Positions 48,038 through 57,434 are shown, counted from the first letter of the stretch. The stretch is DNA of 64,000 nt from an uncultured Clostridia bacterium (GCA_946499275.1 CAMMRL010000001.1:16560-80559), one strand, 5' to 3'. The notes: generated by a model from the letters alone, not told the origin. A program made the numbers and translations.

Positions 48038-48314
48038 CGCCGCATGTTTTATCCATGAGAAAAATTCAGAATGGGGATGGCTTTGTAAGGGAAAATCGTA
48101 TATAATAGGGGAGAGCCAATAATACGGCGGGATCCATGGAACAGGAGACAGCGCGGCAGTCTTTGTACGCCGCAGCCGGGATCCCCGTGGAGGAGCCGTA
48201 TGGTCGGGCGGGGCCCGAATAGATATTTTGTGCCGAACGGCACATCGCGCTGTATCCCATCCGCTTTTCTCCAAGGTGGGTTCCAGGGAACAGCAGCAAG
48301 GAGGTTTTGTCGTT

Positions 48315-48989
48315 ATGACAAGAAGTAAACTGGAGAAAATGGTGCTGACCGCGATGTTTTGCGCGATTATCACCGCGATGACCTTTATCCCGTTTGTGGG
48401 ATATATCACCTACGGCGGGCTGAGCCTGACCACCTTGCATGTGGTCGCGATTCTCGGCGCCGTGACCCTCGGCCCGGTGCGCGGGGCGGTGATCGGCTTG
48501 GTGTGGGGCGTAACCTGCCTTTTGTATGCCATAGCGAACGGTACGGCGGATGCGGCTATTTTCCTGAATCCGCTGATTTCCGTGGTGCCTCGGGTAATCG
48601 TCGGCTTTATGGCGGGCTGGTATTTCCGCTGGTTTACCGCCCTATTCCGCAAAATTTCCTCCCGCAAGGGGGAACGGACGCCGGAGGAACCGGAACACCG
48701 CGGGAACGCGGTAGCGCGTTGGTTCCATTCTTTCCGCGGAAAAGGGCCGGAGGTGGCGGCTTCGGCAGTGGCGGCCGGGTTGGGTACTCTGACGAACACT
48801 GCGCTGGTGATCACAGCCATCCAGCTTTTCGGCGGGAGCGGCGTGGTAAAAATGGGCGTGGTGTTGCAAGCGATCGTTGATGCGGCTCTGGCGCTGAATA
48901 TGACCATTGAGCTGCCTCTGGCAGTTATCGTGGTACCGGCTATCGCGGTGCCGCTGTTCCAGCTGATGCGCCGCCAGGGCGCGCGCTGA
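48315..48989 (+). CDS. ECF transporter S component (substrate unassigned; PanT-like is a guess)
   Basis: ATG 48315 follows AAGGAGG. About 6 TM helices and the N-terminal pattern LTAMFCAIITAMTFIPFVGYI. An insert of about 45 aa lies between helices. Confidence 0.8.
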   Translation: MTRSKLEKMVLTAMFCAIITAMTFIPFVGYITYGGLSLTTLHVVAILGAVTLGPVRGAVIGLVWGVTCLLYAIANGTADAAIFLNPLISVVPRVIVGFMAGWYFRWFTALFRKISSRKGERTPEEPEHRGNAVARWFHSFRGKGPEVAASAVAAGLGTLTNTALVITAIQLFGGSGVVKMGVVLQAIVDAALALNMTIELPLAVIVVPAIAVPLFQLMRRQGAR

Positions 48990-49012
48990 CGCCCCGTTTT
49001 TGTATTAACATA

Positions 49013-49061
49013 AACCAAAAAAGCCGTGTCCGGACAAGCAACGGACACGGCTTTTTTGGTT
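49013..49061. terminator. bidirectional terminator
   Basis: 20-bp stem aaccaaaaaagccgtgtccg / cggacacggcttttttggtt. Confidence 0.85.
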
Positions 49062-49209
49062 ATGGGAAAAGTACCCGGATATTTCTTAGGTATTTTCATG
49101 GCTTTGGGACGTGGGCTGTTTGCCATTATTCCGGGGCGGCATCGACCATTGACGGCGGATGTTGATCGAAAATCCATGTCGCGATCGCGTCTGTTTTACA
49201 GAGACCAAT

Positions 49210-49545
49210 CTATAGTATGTATGGCTCCAATGCTTCGACGACAGCGTTGGAAAAGCTTTTGGAAGCTCCCCAGTCAAAACGGAAAAAGCCCTCTCCGCCG
49301 CCACCGCTGACACAGACGACACGGGTACGTCCTTCAAAATTGTCGATCGTGACGGTCAGCGTCAGCCGGTTTCCGGCGCGGTAATAATGCTTTTCATAAA
49401 TGCAGACGATGCAGGCAGTCTGATTCGGCGCGTTAAGGATATAGGAATCGATTCGTTCGCCGGTAATACTCCCGTTCACAATGGCGTTATCGATAGCTTG
49501 AGCGGCCTGCTGCGGGGATAGAGAAACGTACAGTGTGCTGGCCAT
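49210..49545 (-). CDS. small conserved hypothetical protein (DUF6054-like by recollection)
   Basis: ATG 49545 follows GGAGGAGGAAAG. 111 aa with the pattern YEKHYYRAGNRLTL...GGGGEGFFRFDWGA. Confidence 0.6.
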   Translation of the reverse strand: MASTLYVSLSPQQAAQAIDNAIVNGSITGERIDSYILNAPNQTACIVCIYEKHYYRAGNRLTLTVTIDNFEGRTRVVCVSGGGGEGFFRFDWGASKSFSNAVVEALEPYIL

Positions 49546-49691
49546 GGCTTTCCTCCTCCTGCAATGGGATTGACGGCGGGGCTTTTCCCCGTTCCTCTGT
49601 TTCCAGTACTGTTGTATTGGAACGGCTGGAAATACCCATTTTGATTTATCGTAACATGAAAGCTTCGTATTATCAAGCCGGATATCGCTGT

Positions 49692-49728
49692 AAAAACGGG
49701 CGGCCCCGAAAATTTCAGGACCGCCCGT
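49692..49728 (-). terminator. rho-independent terminator of adhE
   Basis: Minus-strand stem acgggcgg / ccgcccgt followed by TTTTT. Confidence 0.7.
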
Positions 49729-49775
49729 AAGCGAGGTAACGATTGAAAGAAGGTTGGCTCGGGAGCCGATGCCGC

Positions 49776-52415
49776 TTACTTGCCGTAGTAGCTCTTGAGA
49801 TAGAGTTCCTTGATCTCTTTAAAGAGCGGATAACGCGGGTTGGCTCCTGTGCACTGATCGTTGAACGCCTGTTCCACCATGTCGTCCAGGGTATCGAGGA
49901 AGTATTTCTCGTCGATACCGTACGCCTGGATGGATTCCTTGACGCCGACCTTTTTCTTCAGGTCTTCGATCCCGGCGAGCAGCTTTTCAAAGCACTCTTC
50001 ATCCGTTTTGCCGGTGAAGCCGCAATACCGCGCGCATTCGGCGTAACGGGCCAGGGTGTGCGGATACTCATACTGCGGGAAAGTGCCCATCTTGGTCGGG
50101 GTTTCGGAGGAGTTGTACCGCATAACGTTGGTGAGGATCACCGCGTTGGCGATACCGTGCGGCAGGTGATGGAACGCGCCGAGCTTGTGCGCCATCGAGT
50201 GGTTCAGGCCCAGGAACGCGTTGGCGAACGCCATACCGGCCATGCAGGCGGCGTCGGCCATCTTCTGGCGGGCTTTTGGATCGTTCGCACCGTTCTCATA
50301 AGCGGAGGGCAGGTAATCGAACACGTTCTTCATGGCTTTGAGAGCCAGGCCGTCGGTGTAATCACTGGCCATAACCGACACGTACGCTTCCAGCGCATGG
50401 GTCAGCACGTCGATGCCGGAAGCGCTGGTCAAGCCCTTAGGCTGGCTCATCATGTTGTCGGTATCCACAATCGCCATGTTCGGCAGGAGCTGGTAGTCGG
50501 CCAGCGGATACTTCACGCCGCTGCTTTCATCGGTGATGATGGCGAACGGGGTTACTTCGGAACCGGTACCGGAGGAAGTCGGAATGGCGATGAAGTAGGC
50601 TTTGTTGCCCATTTCCGGATACTCGTACACTCTCTTGCGGATATCCATGAAGTCCATGGCCATATCTTCGAAGTTCGCGTCCGGATGCTCGTACAGCACC
50701 CACATAATCTTGCCGGCGTCCATCGCAGAACCGCCGCCCAGAGCGATGATCACGTCGGGTTCGAAGGCGCGCATCGCCGCAGCGCCCTGCTTGGCGCAGC
50801 CCAGCGTCGGGTCGGGAGCCACTTCGTAAAAGCAGGTGTGCTGGATGCCCATTTCGTCGAGTTTCGCTTCGATGGGAGCGACATAGCCGTTTTTGTACAG
50901 GAAGGAGTCGGTGACGATAAAGGCCTTTTTCTTATGCATAACCGTCTTCAGTTCGGCCAGGGCGACCGGCATGCAGCCTTTCTTGAAATACACCTTTTCC
51001 GGAGCGCGGAACCACAGCATATTCTCTCTCCTCTCGGCAACCGTCTTAATGTTGATCAGATGCTTGACGCCCACGTTTTCGGAAACCGAGTTGCCGCCCC
51101 AGGAGCCGCAGCCCAGTGTCAACGAGGGAGCCAGACGGAAGTTGTACAGGTCGCCGATACCGCCCTGGGAGGAGGGGGTGTTGATCAGGATACGGCAGGT
51201 CTTCATCGTCTCGCCGAACTTCGCAATCTTGTCTTTACCGGCTACCGTGTCCACATACAGGGAAGAAGTGTGGCCATAGCCGCCGTCCGCGATCAGGCGT
51301 TCCGCCTTGGAAACCGCGTCGTCGAAATCCTTCGCGCGGTACATGGCCAGGACGGGGGAGAGCTTTTCGTGCGCGAACTCTTCTTCCAATTCCACGCTTT
51401 CCACTTCACCGATCAGGATTTTGGTGGTTTCGGGAACCTCCACGCCGGCGAGGGCAGCGATGGTATGAGCGGACTGGCCGACGATTTTCGCATTCAGCGC
51501 GCCGTTGATCAGGATGGTCTTGCGGACCTTCTCGGTTTCGTCCGGCTTGAGGATGTAGCAGCCGCGGTCGACGAATTCCTTCTTCGCCTGGTTGTAGATT
51601 TTATCCAGCAGGATGACCGACTGCTCGGAAGCGCAGATCATACCGTTGTCAAACGTCTTGGAATGGATGATGGAGTTGACCGCCATCACGACATCGGCGG
51701 AATCGTCGATGATCGCCGGGGTGTTGCCAGCGCCGACGCCTAGGGCCGGTTTGCCGGAGGAGTAAGCCGCCTTTACCATGCCGGGGCCGCCGGTTGCCAG
51801 GATAATATCCGCACTACGCATCAGCTCGTTGGTCATTTCCAGCGAGGGAATGTCGATCCAGCCGATGATGCCGGCCGGGGCGCCGGCCGCGACCGCCGCG
51901 TCCAGGACCACCTTCGCCGCTGCGATGGTACATTTCTTCGCGCGTGGATGGGGGCTGATGATGATGCCGTTGCGGGTTTTCAGAGAAATCAGGGTCTTGA
52001 AAATCGCTGTGGAGGTGGGGTTGGTGGTCGGGATAACCGCCGCGACAACGCCGATCGGCTCCGCAATCTTCTTCATGCCGCCGGAAAGGTCTTCCTCAAT
52101 CACGCCGCAGGTCTTGGTGTTCTTGTAAGCGTTATAGATGTACTCAGCCGCATAGTGGTTTTTAATGACCTTGTCTTCCACCACGCCCATGCCGGTTTCT
52201 TCGACCGCCATCTTTGCCAGCGGGATACGCTGCTTGTTCGCGGCCATCGCGGCAGCATGGAAAATCTTGTCTACTTGTTCTTGGGTGTACGTGGCGAAAA
52301 TCTGCTGCGCGGCACGCACCTCGTTGATCTTGGCGATCAACGCATCGAGGTTGTCGACCAAGCCGGTAGCAGCCGGAGCGGTGGCCGCAACGGCGGCCTG
52401 TTCTTTCTTAGCCAT
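49776..52415 (-). CDS. adhE: bifunctional acetaldehyde-CoA/alcohol dehydrogenase
   Basis: ATG 52415 lies 8 nt after AGGAGGA. N-terminal ALDH domain plus C-terminal Fe-ADH domain, about 879 aa. Confidence 0.95.
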   Translation of the reverse strand: MAKKEQAAVAATAPAATGLVDNLDALIAKINEVRAAQQIFATYTQEQVDKIFHAAAMAANKQRIPLAKMAVEETGMGVVEDKVIKNHYAAEYIYNAYKNTKTCGVIEEDLSGGMKKIAEPIGVVAAVIPTTNPTSTAIFKTLISLKTRNGIIISPHPRAKKCTIAAAKVVLDAAVAAGAPAGIIGWIDIPSLEMTNELMRSADIILATGGPGMVKAAYSSGKPALGVGAGNTPAIIDDSADVVMAVNSIIHSKTFDNGMICASEQSVILLDKIYNQAKKEFVDRGCYILKPDETEKVRKTILINGALNAKIVGQSAHTIAALAGVEVPETTKILIGEVESVELEEEFAHEKLSPVLAMYRAKDFDDAVSKAERLIADGGYGHTSSLYVDTVAGKDKIAKFGETMKTCRILINTPSSQGGIGDLYNFRLAPSLTLGCGSWGGNSVSENVGVKHLINIKTVAERRENMLWFRAPEKVYFKKGCMPVALAELKTVMHKKKAFIVTDSFLYKNGYVAPIEAKLDEMGIQHTCFYEVAPDPTLGCAKQGAAAMRAFEPDVIIALGGGSAMDAGKIMWVLYEHPDANFEDMAMDFMDIRKRVYEYPEMGNKAYFIAIPTSSGTGSEVTPFAIITDESSGVKYPLADYQLLPNMAIVDTDNMMSQPKGLTSASGIDVLTHALEAYVSVMASDYTDGLALKAMKNVFDYLPSAYENGANDPKARQKMADAACMAGMAFANAFLGLNHSMAHKLGAFHHLPHGIANAVILTNVMRYNSSETPTKMGTFPQYEYPHTLARYAECARYCGFTGKTDEECFEKLLAGIEDLKKKVGVKESIQAYGIDEKYFLDTLDDMVEQAFNDQCTGANPRYPLFKEIKELYLKSYYGK

Positions 52416-52489
52416 TTCCATATTCCTCCTGTTTCCCAACAAATCCAGTGAAAGAGTGTTTGAGGTTTTGTTATTTTTTTAACAAGGCT

Positions 52490-52519
52490 ATTATAGCAGA
52501 CGGATCCCCCGCATGACAA
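52490..52519 (-). promoter_or_regulatory. putative SigA-type promoter of adhE
   Basis: On the minus strand: TTGTCA, 18-nt spacer, TATAAT. About 70-nt leader. Confidence 0.55.
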
Positions 52520-52800
52520 GACCCATTGTATGACAATGTTTTGAAAAATGCGACACCATTTATGGTTAAGTTTCATAAAAGAGGATGAAGGGTTTTCTTG
52601 AAGAGGAGATCACTTCCAGAAAGCGGGCGGTAGGTCACCCGATGGGAGGAAAACGAGGGATCCACGGCAGGCGATCCGGGTAGACGGCCTTCTGCAAAAC
52701 AGTTCCGTAAAACCTCTATTGCCTGTTGTTGAGTTCTTAGAAAAATACCCATTTGAACACCGGTCGATAAAGGATGCCGCTTGTTCTTTCGGATGTCTCC

Positions 52801-52838
52801 AAAAAATAAAGCCGCCGCGCTTTGTAAAGCGCGGCGGT
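52801..52838 (-). terminator. rho-independent terminator of the kinase-like gene
   Basis: Stem gccgccgcgcttt / aaagcgcggcggc, with a minus-strand T-run (plus-strand AAAAAA at 52801-52806). Confidence 0.8.
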
Positions 52839-52850
52839 TGAAGCGGCGGA

Positions 52851-53597
52851 TTATTCGTATGCCACAACGTCGATCCACTTCATCAGGAAATCGTTCTGGG
52901 CGGGGTTGCCGTCGGCCAGATGGGCCGCGGCTACGATAGGTAGCCATTCCTGTACATACCGTTTGGAGGTGTTGGTCTTTTTACAGAAGGCGTTCATATA
53001 CATTTCGGCGGCCTTGGGATTATCCAGCGAGAACAGCAGATAGGTGCGGGCCACGTCGGCGCTCGCGTTTCCTTGACGGGCGGCCACCCAGTCGACGATA
53101 AAGGTGCCCTTCTCATTCAGGATAATATTGGCCGGGGTGAAATTGCCGTGGCAGAGCTTTGTATGCTTGGGCATGCTTTCCAGCCGGGTCAGCAGTTCGT
53201 ATTTGACCGAATCGCTGATGGTATCCAGCGAGTTGATCTGGCGGGCCAGCTTATCCTTCAACTTACTCAGCTTCGGAGTAACCTTCGAGTGCACGGTGAG
53301 TTGTAGGTCCACCATATCGTTGATATATTTTTCCAGATTGGCGGGGTCCTCTTTCATGACCTCTGCCAGCGTTTTGCCTTCTATCAGGTCCATCGTGATG
53401 GCCCAGCGGCCGTCAATGACGGAAACCTCGTGGATAATCGGCACATTGAGACCGGTATCTTCCACACGGGCATGGGTCAGCGCTTCGTACAGGGCGTTGG
53501 TTTTTGGGCGGTTGACCTTAAACAGCTTGACCGCCATATCACCGCACTTGTAAACGTCAACGGTTTCACTTGAGGCAATGAGTTCTTTGAATTCCAT
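52851..53597 (-). CDS. aminoglycoside/choline-kinase-like phosphotransferase family protein
   Basis: Kinase-fold pattern: VYKCGDMAVKLF (Lys), catalytic loop CHGNFTPANIIL, and metal loop IVDWVAA. Confidence 0.82.
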   Translation of the reverse strand: MEFKELIASSETVDVYKCGDMAVKLFKVNRPKTNALYEALTHARVEDTGLNVPIIHEVSVIDGRWAITMDLIEGKTLAEVMKEDPANLEKYINDMVDLQLTVHSKVTPKLSKLKDKLARQINSLDTISDSVKYELLTRLESMPKHTKLCHGNFTPANIILNEKGTFIVDWVAARQGNASADVARTYLLFSLDNPKAAEMYMNAFCKKTNTSKRYVQEWLPIVAAAHLADGNPAQNDFLMKWIDVVAYE

Positions 53598-53866
53598 AAA
53601 GATGGTCTCCTTTCAAAATCCGCACGGAGAAGGGATCCCCGTTGGGATTGATTGTGTGATATTTGGTGTATCTGTCTGTATTATACAACTTTTTTCGAAA
53701 AAGTAAAGACGTTTTTTGTAAAATCTATATCGATTTCCTTTGGTATTCTTGCATAAGTAGGTATAAGAAAAGCCTCATTCTCCCAATTTGACGGATGGCG
53801 GGAAGAAAGATGCATTTTTGGAAAAAGAGTATCTTGAGACGGACAGGAAGGAAACGATGGAAAAGC

Positions 53867-53895
53867 TTGATTTTTTGCGCTTTCAATGATAGTAT
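53867..53895 (+). promoter_or_regulatory. possible SigA-type promoter of nfnAB
   Basis: TTGATT, 17-nt spacer, TAGTAT. Confidence 0.4.
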
Positions 53896-53995
53896 AGTTA
53901 TAATATGGTGGCAGGCTGCGTGCATGTTTGTATCGGCCCTGCCGTCAGGAGCCGGATTCAATCCGCTGGTTTCTATGGAAAAAGGAGAGGTCGCC

Positions 53996-54826
53996 ATGTA
54001 TACCATTTTACATAAACGCTCGCTCAATCCTTCGGTAACGCTGATGAAAATCGACGCGCCGCTGGTGGCGAAAAAAGCCCGTGCCGGCCAGTTTATCATC
54101 CTGCGGGTGAATGAAACGGGGGAGCGTATTCCGCTTACGATTGCGGATCACGACGCGGAAAAAGGGACGGTTACGATTATTTTTCAGAAAGTAGGGGGGA
54201 CCACCTTTTTGTTGGACACCTTGAACGAAGGGGATGCGCTGCTGGATTTCGTCGGCCCGCTTGGCCGTGCTACAGAGGTGGACGGTTACCATCGGGTGGC
54301 GGTGGTCGGCGGCGGGGTAGGCTGCGCCATCGCGTATCCGGAAGCGAAGGCCTTGCATGCTGCAGGGGCGAAGGTGGATATGATCGCCGGTTTCCGCAAC
54401 AAGGATATCGTCATGCTGGAAGAGGAGATGGGCGCGGTTAGCGACCGACTGTATGTGATGACGGACGACGGTTCCAACGGCAATAAGGGCTTTGTGACGG
54501 TGAAGCTGCAGGAACTGCTGGATGAAGGGAACGCATACGATCTGGTGATCGCGATCGGCCCGCTGCCGATGATGCGGGCGGTTGCCGAACTGACGAAGAA
54601 GTACGGTGTGAAAACCCTTGTCAGTATGAACCCCATTATGATTGATGGGACCGGCATGTGCGGAGGCTGTCGCTTGACCGTGGGGGGCGAAGTGAAATTT
54701 GCCTGTGTGGACGGCCCGGAATTCGACGCCCATCAGATCGATTGGGATGGCGCGATGAAGCGGTTGGGCCAATATAAGGAAGAAGAGCACGAGTGCAACC
54801 TGATGAAACGGTTCGGCAAGCAGTAA
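53996..54826 (+). CDS. nfnA: NfnA-type FAD/NAD-binding subunit (sulfide/dihydroorotate dehydrogenase-like)
   Basis: ATG 53996 lies 6 nt after GGAGAGG. GQFIILRV, GGGVGCA and the C-terminal Cys cluster CGGCRLTVGGEVKFACVDGPEF are present. Confidence 0.88.
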   Translation: MYTILHKRSLNPSVTLMKIDAPLVAKKARAGQFIILRVNETGERIPLTIADHDAEKGTVTIIFQKVGGTTFLLDTLNEGDALLDFVGPLGRATEVDGYHRVAVVGGGVGCAIAYPEAKALHAAGAKVDMIAGFRNKDIVMLEEEMGAVSDRLYVMTDDGSNGNKGFVTVKLQELLDEGNAYDLVIAIGPLPMMRAVAELTKKYGVKTLVSMNPIMIDGTGMCGGCRLTVGGEVKFACVDGPEFDAHQIDWDGAMKRLGQYKEEEHECNLMKRFGKQ

Positions 54827-54884
54827 GGGCCAAGCTCTTCGCGATAACCATCAATCATATGGATGAACGGAAAGGTTGAAATAC

Positions 54885-56282
54885 ATGGCTGTCAACAAGC
54901 AAATGGAAAAAACGCCGATGCCCGAACAGGAGCCCCAAATCCGCGCGGCGAATTTTGAAGAAGTGGCAAAAGGCTACACCGTGGAGATGGCGGTAAACGA
55001 GGCCCAGCGCTGCCTGCACTGCAAAACTCGTCCCTGCGTTTCCGGTTGCCCGGTGAATGTGCAGATCCCGGACTTTATCGCTCAGATTGCCGAAAGGGAT
55101 TTTGAAGGGGCGTACCAGACGATCCGCGCTACCAATTCCCTGCCGGCCGTATGCGGCCGGGTATGTCCGCAGGAAAGCCAATGCGAATCCAAGTGCGTTC
55201 GGGGGATAAAGGGGGAACCGGTGGCGATCGGCCGGCTGGAGCGTTTTGCCGCGGATACCCATATGCATGCCGAAACCGAATGTGCGGTGAAGCCTGTGCC
55301 CAATGGGCATAAAGTGGCGGTGATCGGATCGGGCCCTGCCGGGCTTACCTGTGCGGGCGATCTCGCCCGGCTGGGGTACGAGGTTACGGTTTTTGAAGCG
55401 ATCCATACCGCCGGCGGCGTGCTGATGTATGGTATCCCCGAATTCCGCCTGCCCAAAACCATCGTCCAGCGGGAGATCGCTTCCCTGCGGGAAATTGGGG
55501 TGGATATCGAAACCAATATGGTGATTGGTAAAGTTTTGTCGGTGGACGAATTGTTTGAGCAAGGGTTTGAAGCGGTTTTCGTCGGTTCCGGGGCGGGCTT
55601 GCCTAGCTTTCTCGGCATCCAGGGCGAGGAGCTGCTCGGTGTGATGTCGGCCAACGAATTTTTAACCCGCATTAATTTAATGAAGGCGTACCGCGATGAA
55701 TACGATACGCCAATCAAGCGGGCGAAAAGGGTGGCTGTCGTCGGCGGAGGGAATGTGGCGATGGATGCCGCCCGCTGCGCCAAGCGTCTTGGTGCGGAAC
55801 ACGTCTATATCGTATACCGCCGCGGGGAGAATGAAATGCCCGCCCGGCTGGAGGAGATCCATCACGCCAAGGAAGAAGGGGTGGAATTCCTCTTCTTAAC
55901 GGCGCCGGTTCAGGTGTTGGGGGACGAAGGCGGCCGGGTGACCGCGCTGGAGTGCGTGGATATGGTACTCGGTGGGCCGGATGCTTCGGGACGCCGCCGC
56001 CCCATTGAGGTGGAGGGGAGCAATCATGAACTGTCGGTGGACATGGTGATCGCCGCGATCGGCAATACGCCGAACCCGCTGATCCGCACTACGACCGAAG
56101 GGTTGGAAGCCAACCGACGCGGCTGTCTGGTGGTCAATGAGGAAACCATGCAGACCACCCGTGAAGGCGTATACGCCGGGGGCGACGTGGTCACCGGGGC
56201 GGCGACGGTTATCCTGGCGATGGGGGCCGGCAAGCATGCCGCTCGATCGATTGACGAATATATCCGGGGAAAAGGAAGATAG
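54885..56282 (+). CDS. nfnB: NfnB / NADPH-dependent glutamate synthase small-subunit-like oxidoreductase
   Basis: Fe-S Cys motifs CLHCKTRPCVSGCP and CGRVCPQESQCESKC, and dinucleotide folds VIGSGPAGLTCA and VVGGGNVAMDAAR. Confidence 0.9.
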   Translation: MAVNKQMEKTPMPEQEPQIRAANFEEVAKGYTVEMAVNEAQRCLHCKTRPCVSGCPVNVQIPDFIAQIAERDFEGAYQTIRATNSLPAVCGRVCPQESQCESKCVRGIKGEPVAIGRLERFAADTHMHAETECAVKPVPNGHKVAVIGSGPAGLTCAGDLARLGYEVTVFEAIHTAGGVLMYGIPEFRLPKTIVQREIASLREIGVDIETNMVIGKVLSVDELFEQGFEAVFVGSGAGLPSFLGIQGEELLGVMSANEFLTRINLMKAYRDEYDTPIKRAKRVAVVGGGNVAMDAARCAKRLGAEHVYIVYRRGENEMPARLEEIHHAKEEGVEFLFLTAPVQVLGDEGGRVTALECVDMVLGGPDASGRRRPIEVEGSNHELSVDMVIAAIGNTPNPLIRTTTEGLEANRRGCLVVNEETMQTTREGVYAGGDVVTGAATVILAMGAGKHAARSIDEYIRGKGR

Positions 56283-56341
56283 TTCCCCGCTGCAATTCTT
56301 GATGTTTTTCTGCTGTATAGACATTTTACGAATTTGGAATG

Positions 56342-56378
56342 TCGCAGAGGGGCCAAACATCCTCTCTGCGATTTTTTT
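56342..56378 (+). terminator. rho-independent terminator
   Basis: 11-bp stem tcgcagagggg / cctctctgcga followed by TTTTTTT. Confidence 0.8.
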
Positions 56379-56636
56379 CAAGAATGGATGCCCGATGGAC
56401 ATAGGGGCGAGATAGAGGAAAAGGCAATCTTACCTAAGCAACCCAGGTGGGATGAACCGAACAGGGATGGGGATGTGGGAATAAGGCGAGAAAACGGGGA
56501 TAATTTTTCTATGCAAAAAGACAAAAGCTGGCACTTTTTATGCAGCAAATCGACGCATTTATCAGAAGAACAGAAATTTTTCCTCGCTTTTCGATCCTTT
56601 TTTTACAACATCCATAAATTTTTGCGTGTAGGGGGG

Positions 56637-56665
56637 TTGACATTTTCTTTCCAATCCGCTACAAT
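56637..56665 (+). promoter_or_regulatory. near-consensus SigA promoter upstream of sigma-factor gene
   Basis: TTGACA (56637-56642), 17-nt spacer, TACAAT (56660-56665). Confidence 0.6.
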
Positions 56666-56849
56666 GATCCTTGCACACCAGATTGTTTCATTTTTTCGCT
56701 CACACTGCTGTGGGGATCTTGTGAAAAAGAACCCGGCGGGAACATGAGAAGAGGAGAAACGGCAAGGTGGGACGAAAAGCGGTAGAAGCCGGAAATGGTC
56801 GTCGGCGTTGAGGTGGTTTTCAGTGGCATTGTCCAAGCGCGATACGGGA

Positions 56850-57434
56850 ATGGAAACCATGAGCGACGATCAGTTGGCCGGGTTGGCCCGTCAAGGGAGC
56901 GAAGAAGCATTCTCCTGTCTTGTCCAGCGATGTGTACCCATGGTGAAACATCAGGCCGGTGCTTTCCGGGGATCGGAAGTGGAAGCGGAGGATCTTGTAC
57001 AGGAAGGCTTGCTTGGTTTGCTGTCCGCAGTGAAAACCTATCGCTCCGAAGGCGGTGCGTCGTTTCGCACCTATGCCGGCGTTTGCATCCGGCGGCGGAT
57101 GCTGTCTGCTGTAAAGCGGGCCGGCGGCGTGAAAATGATTCCTACCTCTGAACTCGTCCGGATGGACGATGAAGAGAACGAGGAACCTTTGTCAATAGCC
57201 GGCGGCGGGGACGATCCGGCTTCGCTGGTGGTGGAGAAGGAAACCGTAGAGCATTTGTACGCCCGATTGCGGGAGACACTGTCTGCGCGGGAATACGATG
57301 TGCTGATGCAGTATATGGGTGGGTATTCTTACGAAGAAATTGCCCGACGTCTGCAGTCGCCCTCGAAAGCGGTGGACAATGCGATGCAGCGGGTCCGCCG
57401 CAAATTGGCAGCGAAAGGTTTATCTCTTGTGTAA
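56850..57434 (+). CDS. sigma-70 family RNA polymerase sigma factor, SigH-like
   Basis: Region 2 EDLVQEGLLGLLSAVKTY..SFRTYAGVCIRRRMLSAVK and region 4 SYEEIARRLQSPSKAVDNAMQRVRRKL resemble B. subtilis SigH. Start is uncertain (ATG 56850 or 56859); the SD is weak. Confidence 0.82.
   Translation: METMSDDQLAGLARQGSEEAFSCLVQRCVPMVKHQAGAFRGSEVEAEDLVQEGLLGLLSAVKTYRSEGGASFRTYAGVCIRRRMLSAVKRAGGVKMIPTSELVRMDDEENEEPLSIAGGGDDPASLVVEKETVEHLYARLRETLSAREYDVLMQYMGGYSYEEIARRLQSPSKAVDNAMQRVRRKLAAKGLSLV

Noticed and set aside
48069-48264. THF-I-riboswitch-like strings (AATGGGGATGG, GCGCGG, CCATCCGCT) upstream of the ECF S-component
   Set aside because: The elements are spread over about 195 nt instead of about 90 nt and cannot be arranged into the P1-P3/pseudoknot architecture by hand. 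Part of the stretch is also the out-of-frame C-terminus of the ANT(6) gene.
49743-51743. 666-aa ORF on the plus strand, antisense to adhE
   Set aside because: It lies entirely inside the strongly supported adhE gene on the other strand. The composition is Arg/Gly/Val/His-rich with low complexity, and there is no SD. This is the typical antisense open frame of high-GC coding DNA.
52573-52947. 124-aa minus-strand ORF between adhE and the kinase-like gene
   Set aside because: It overlaps the 3' end and terminator of the kinase-like gene, has no SD, and has an Arg/Pro/Gly-rich composition.
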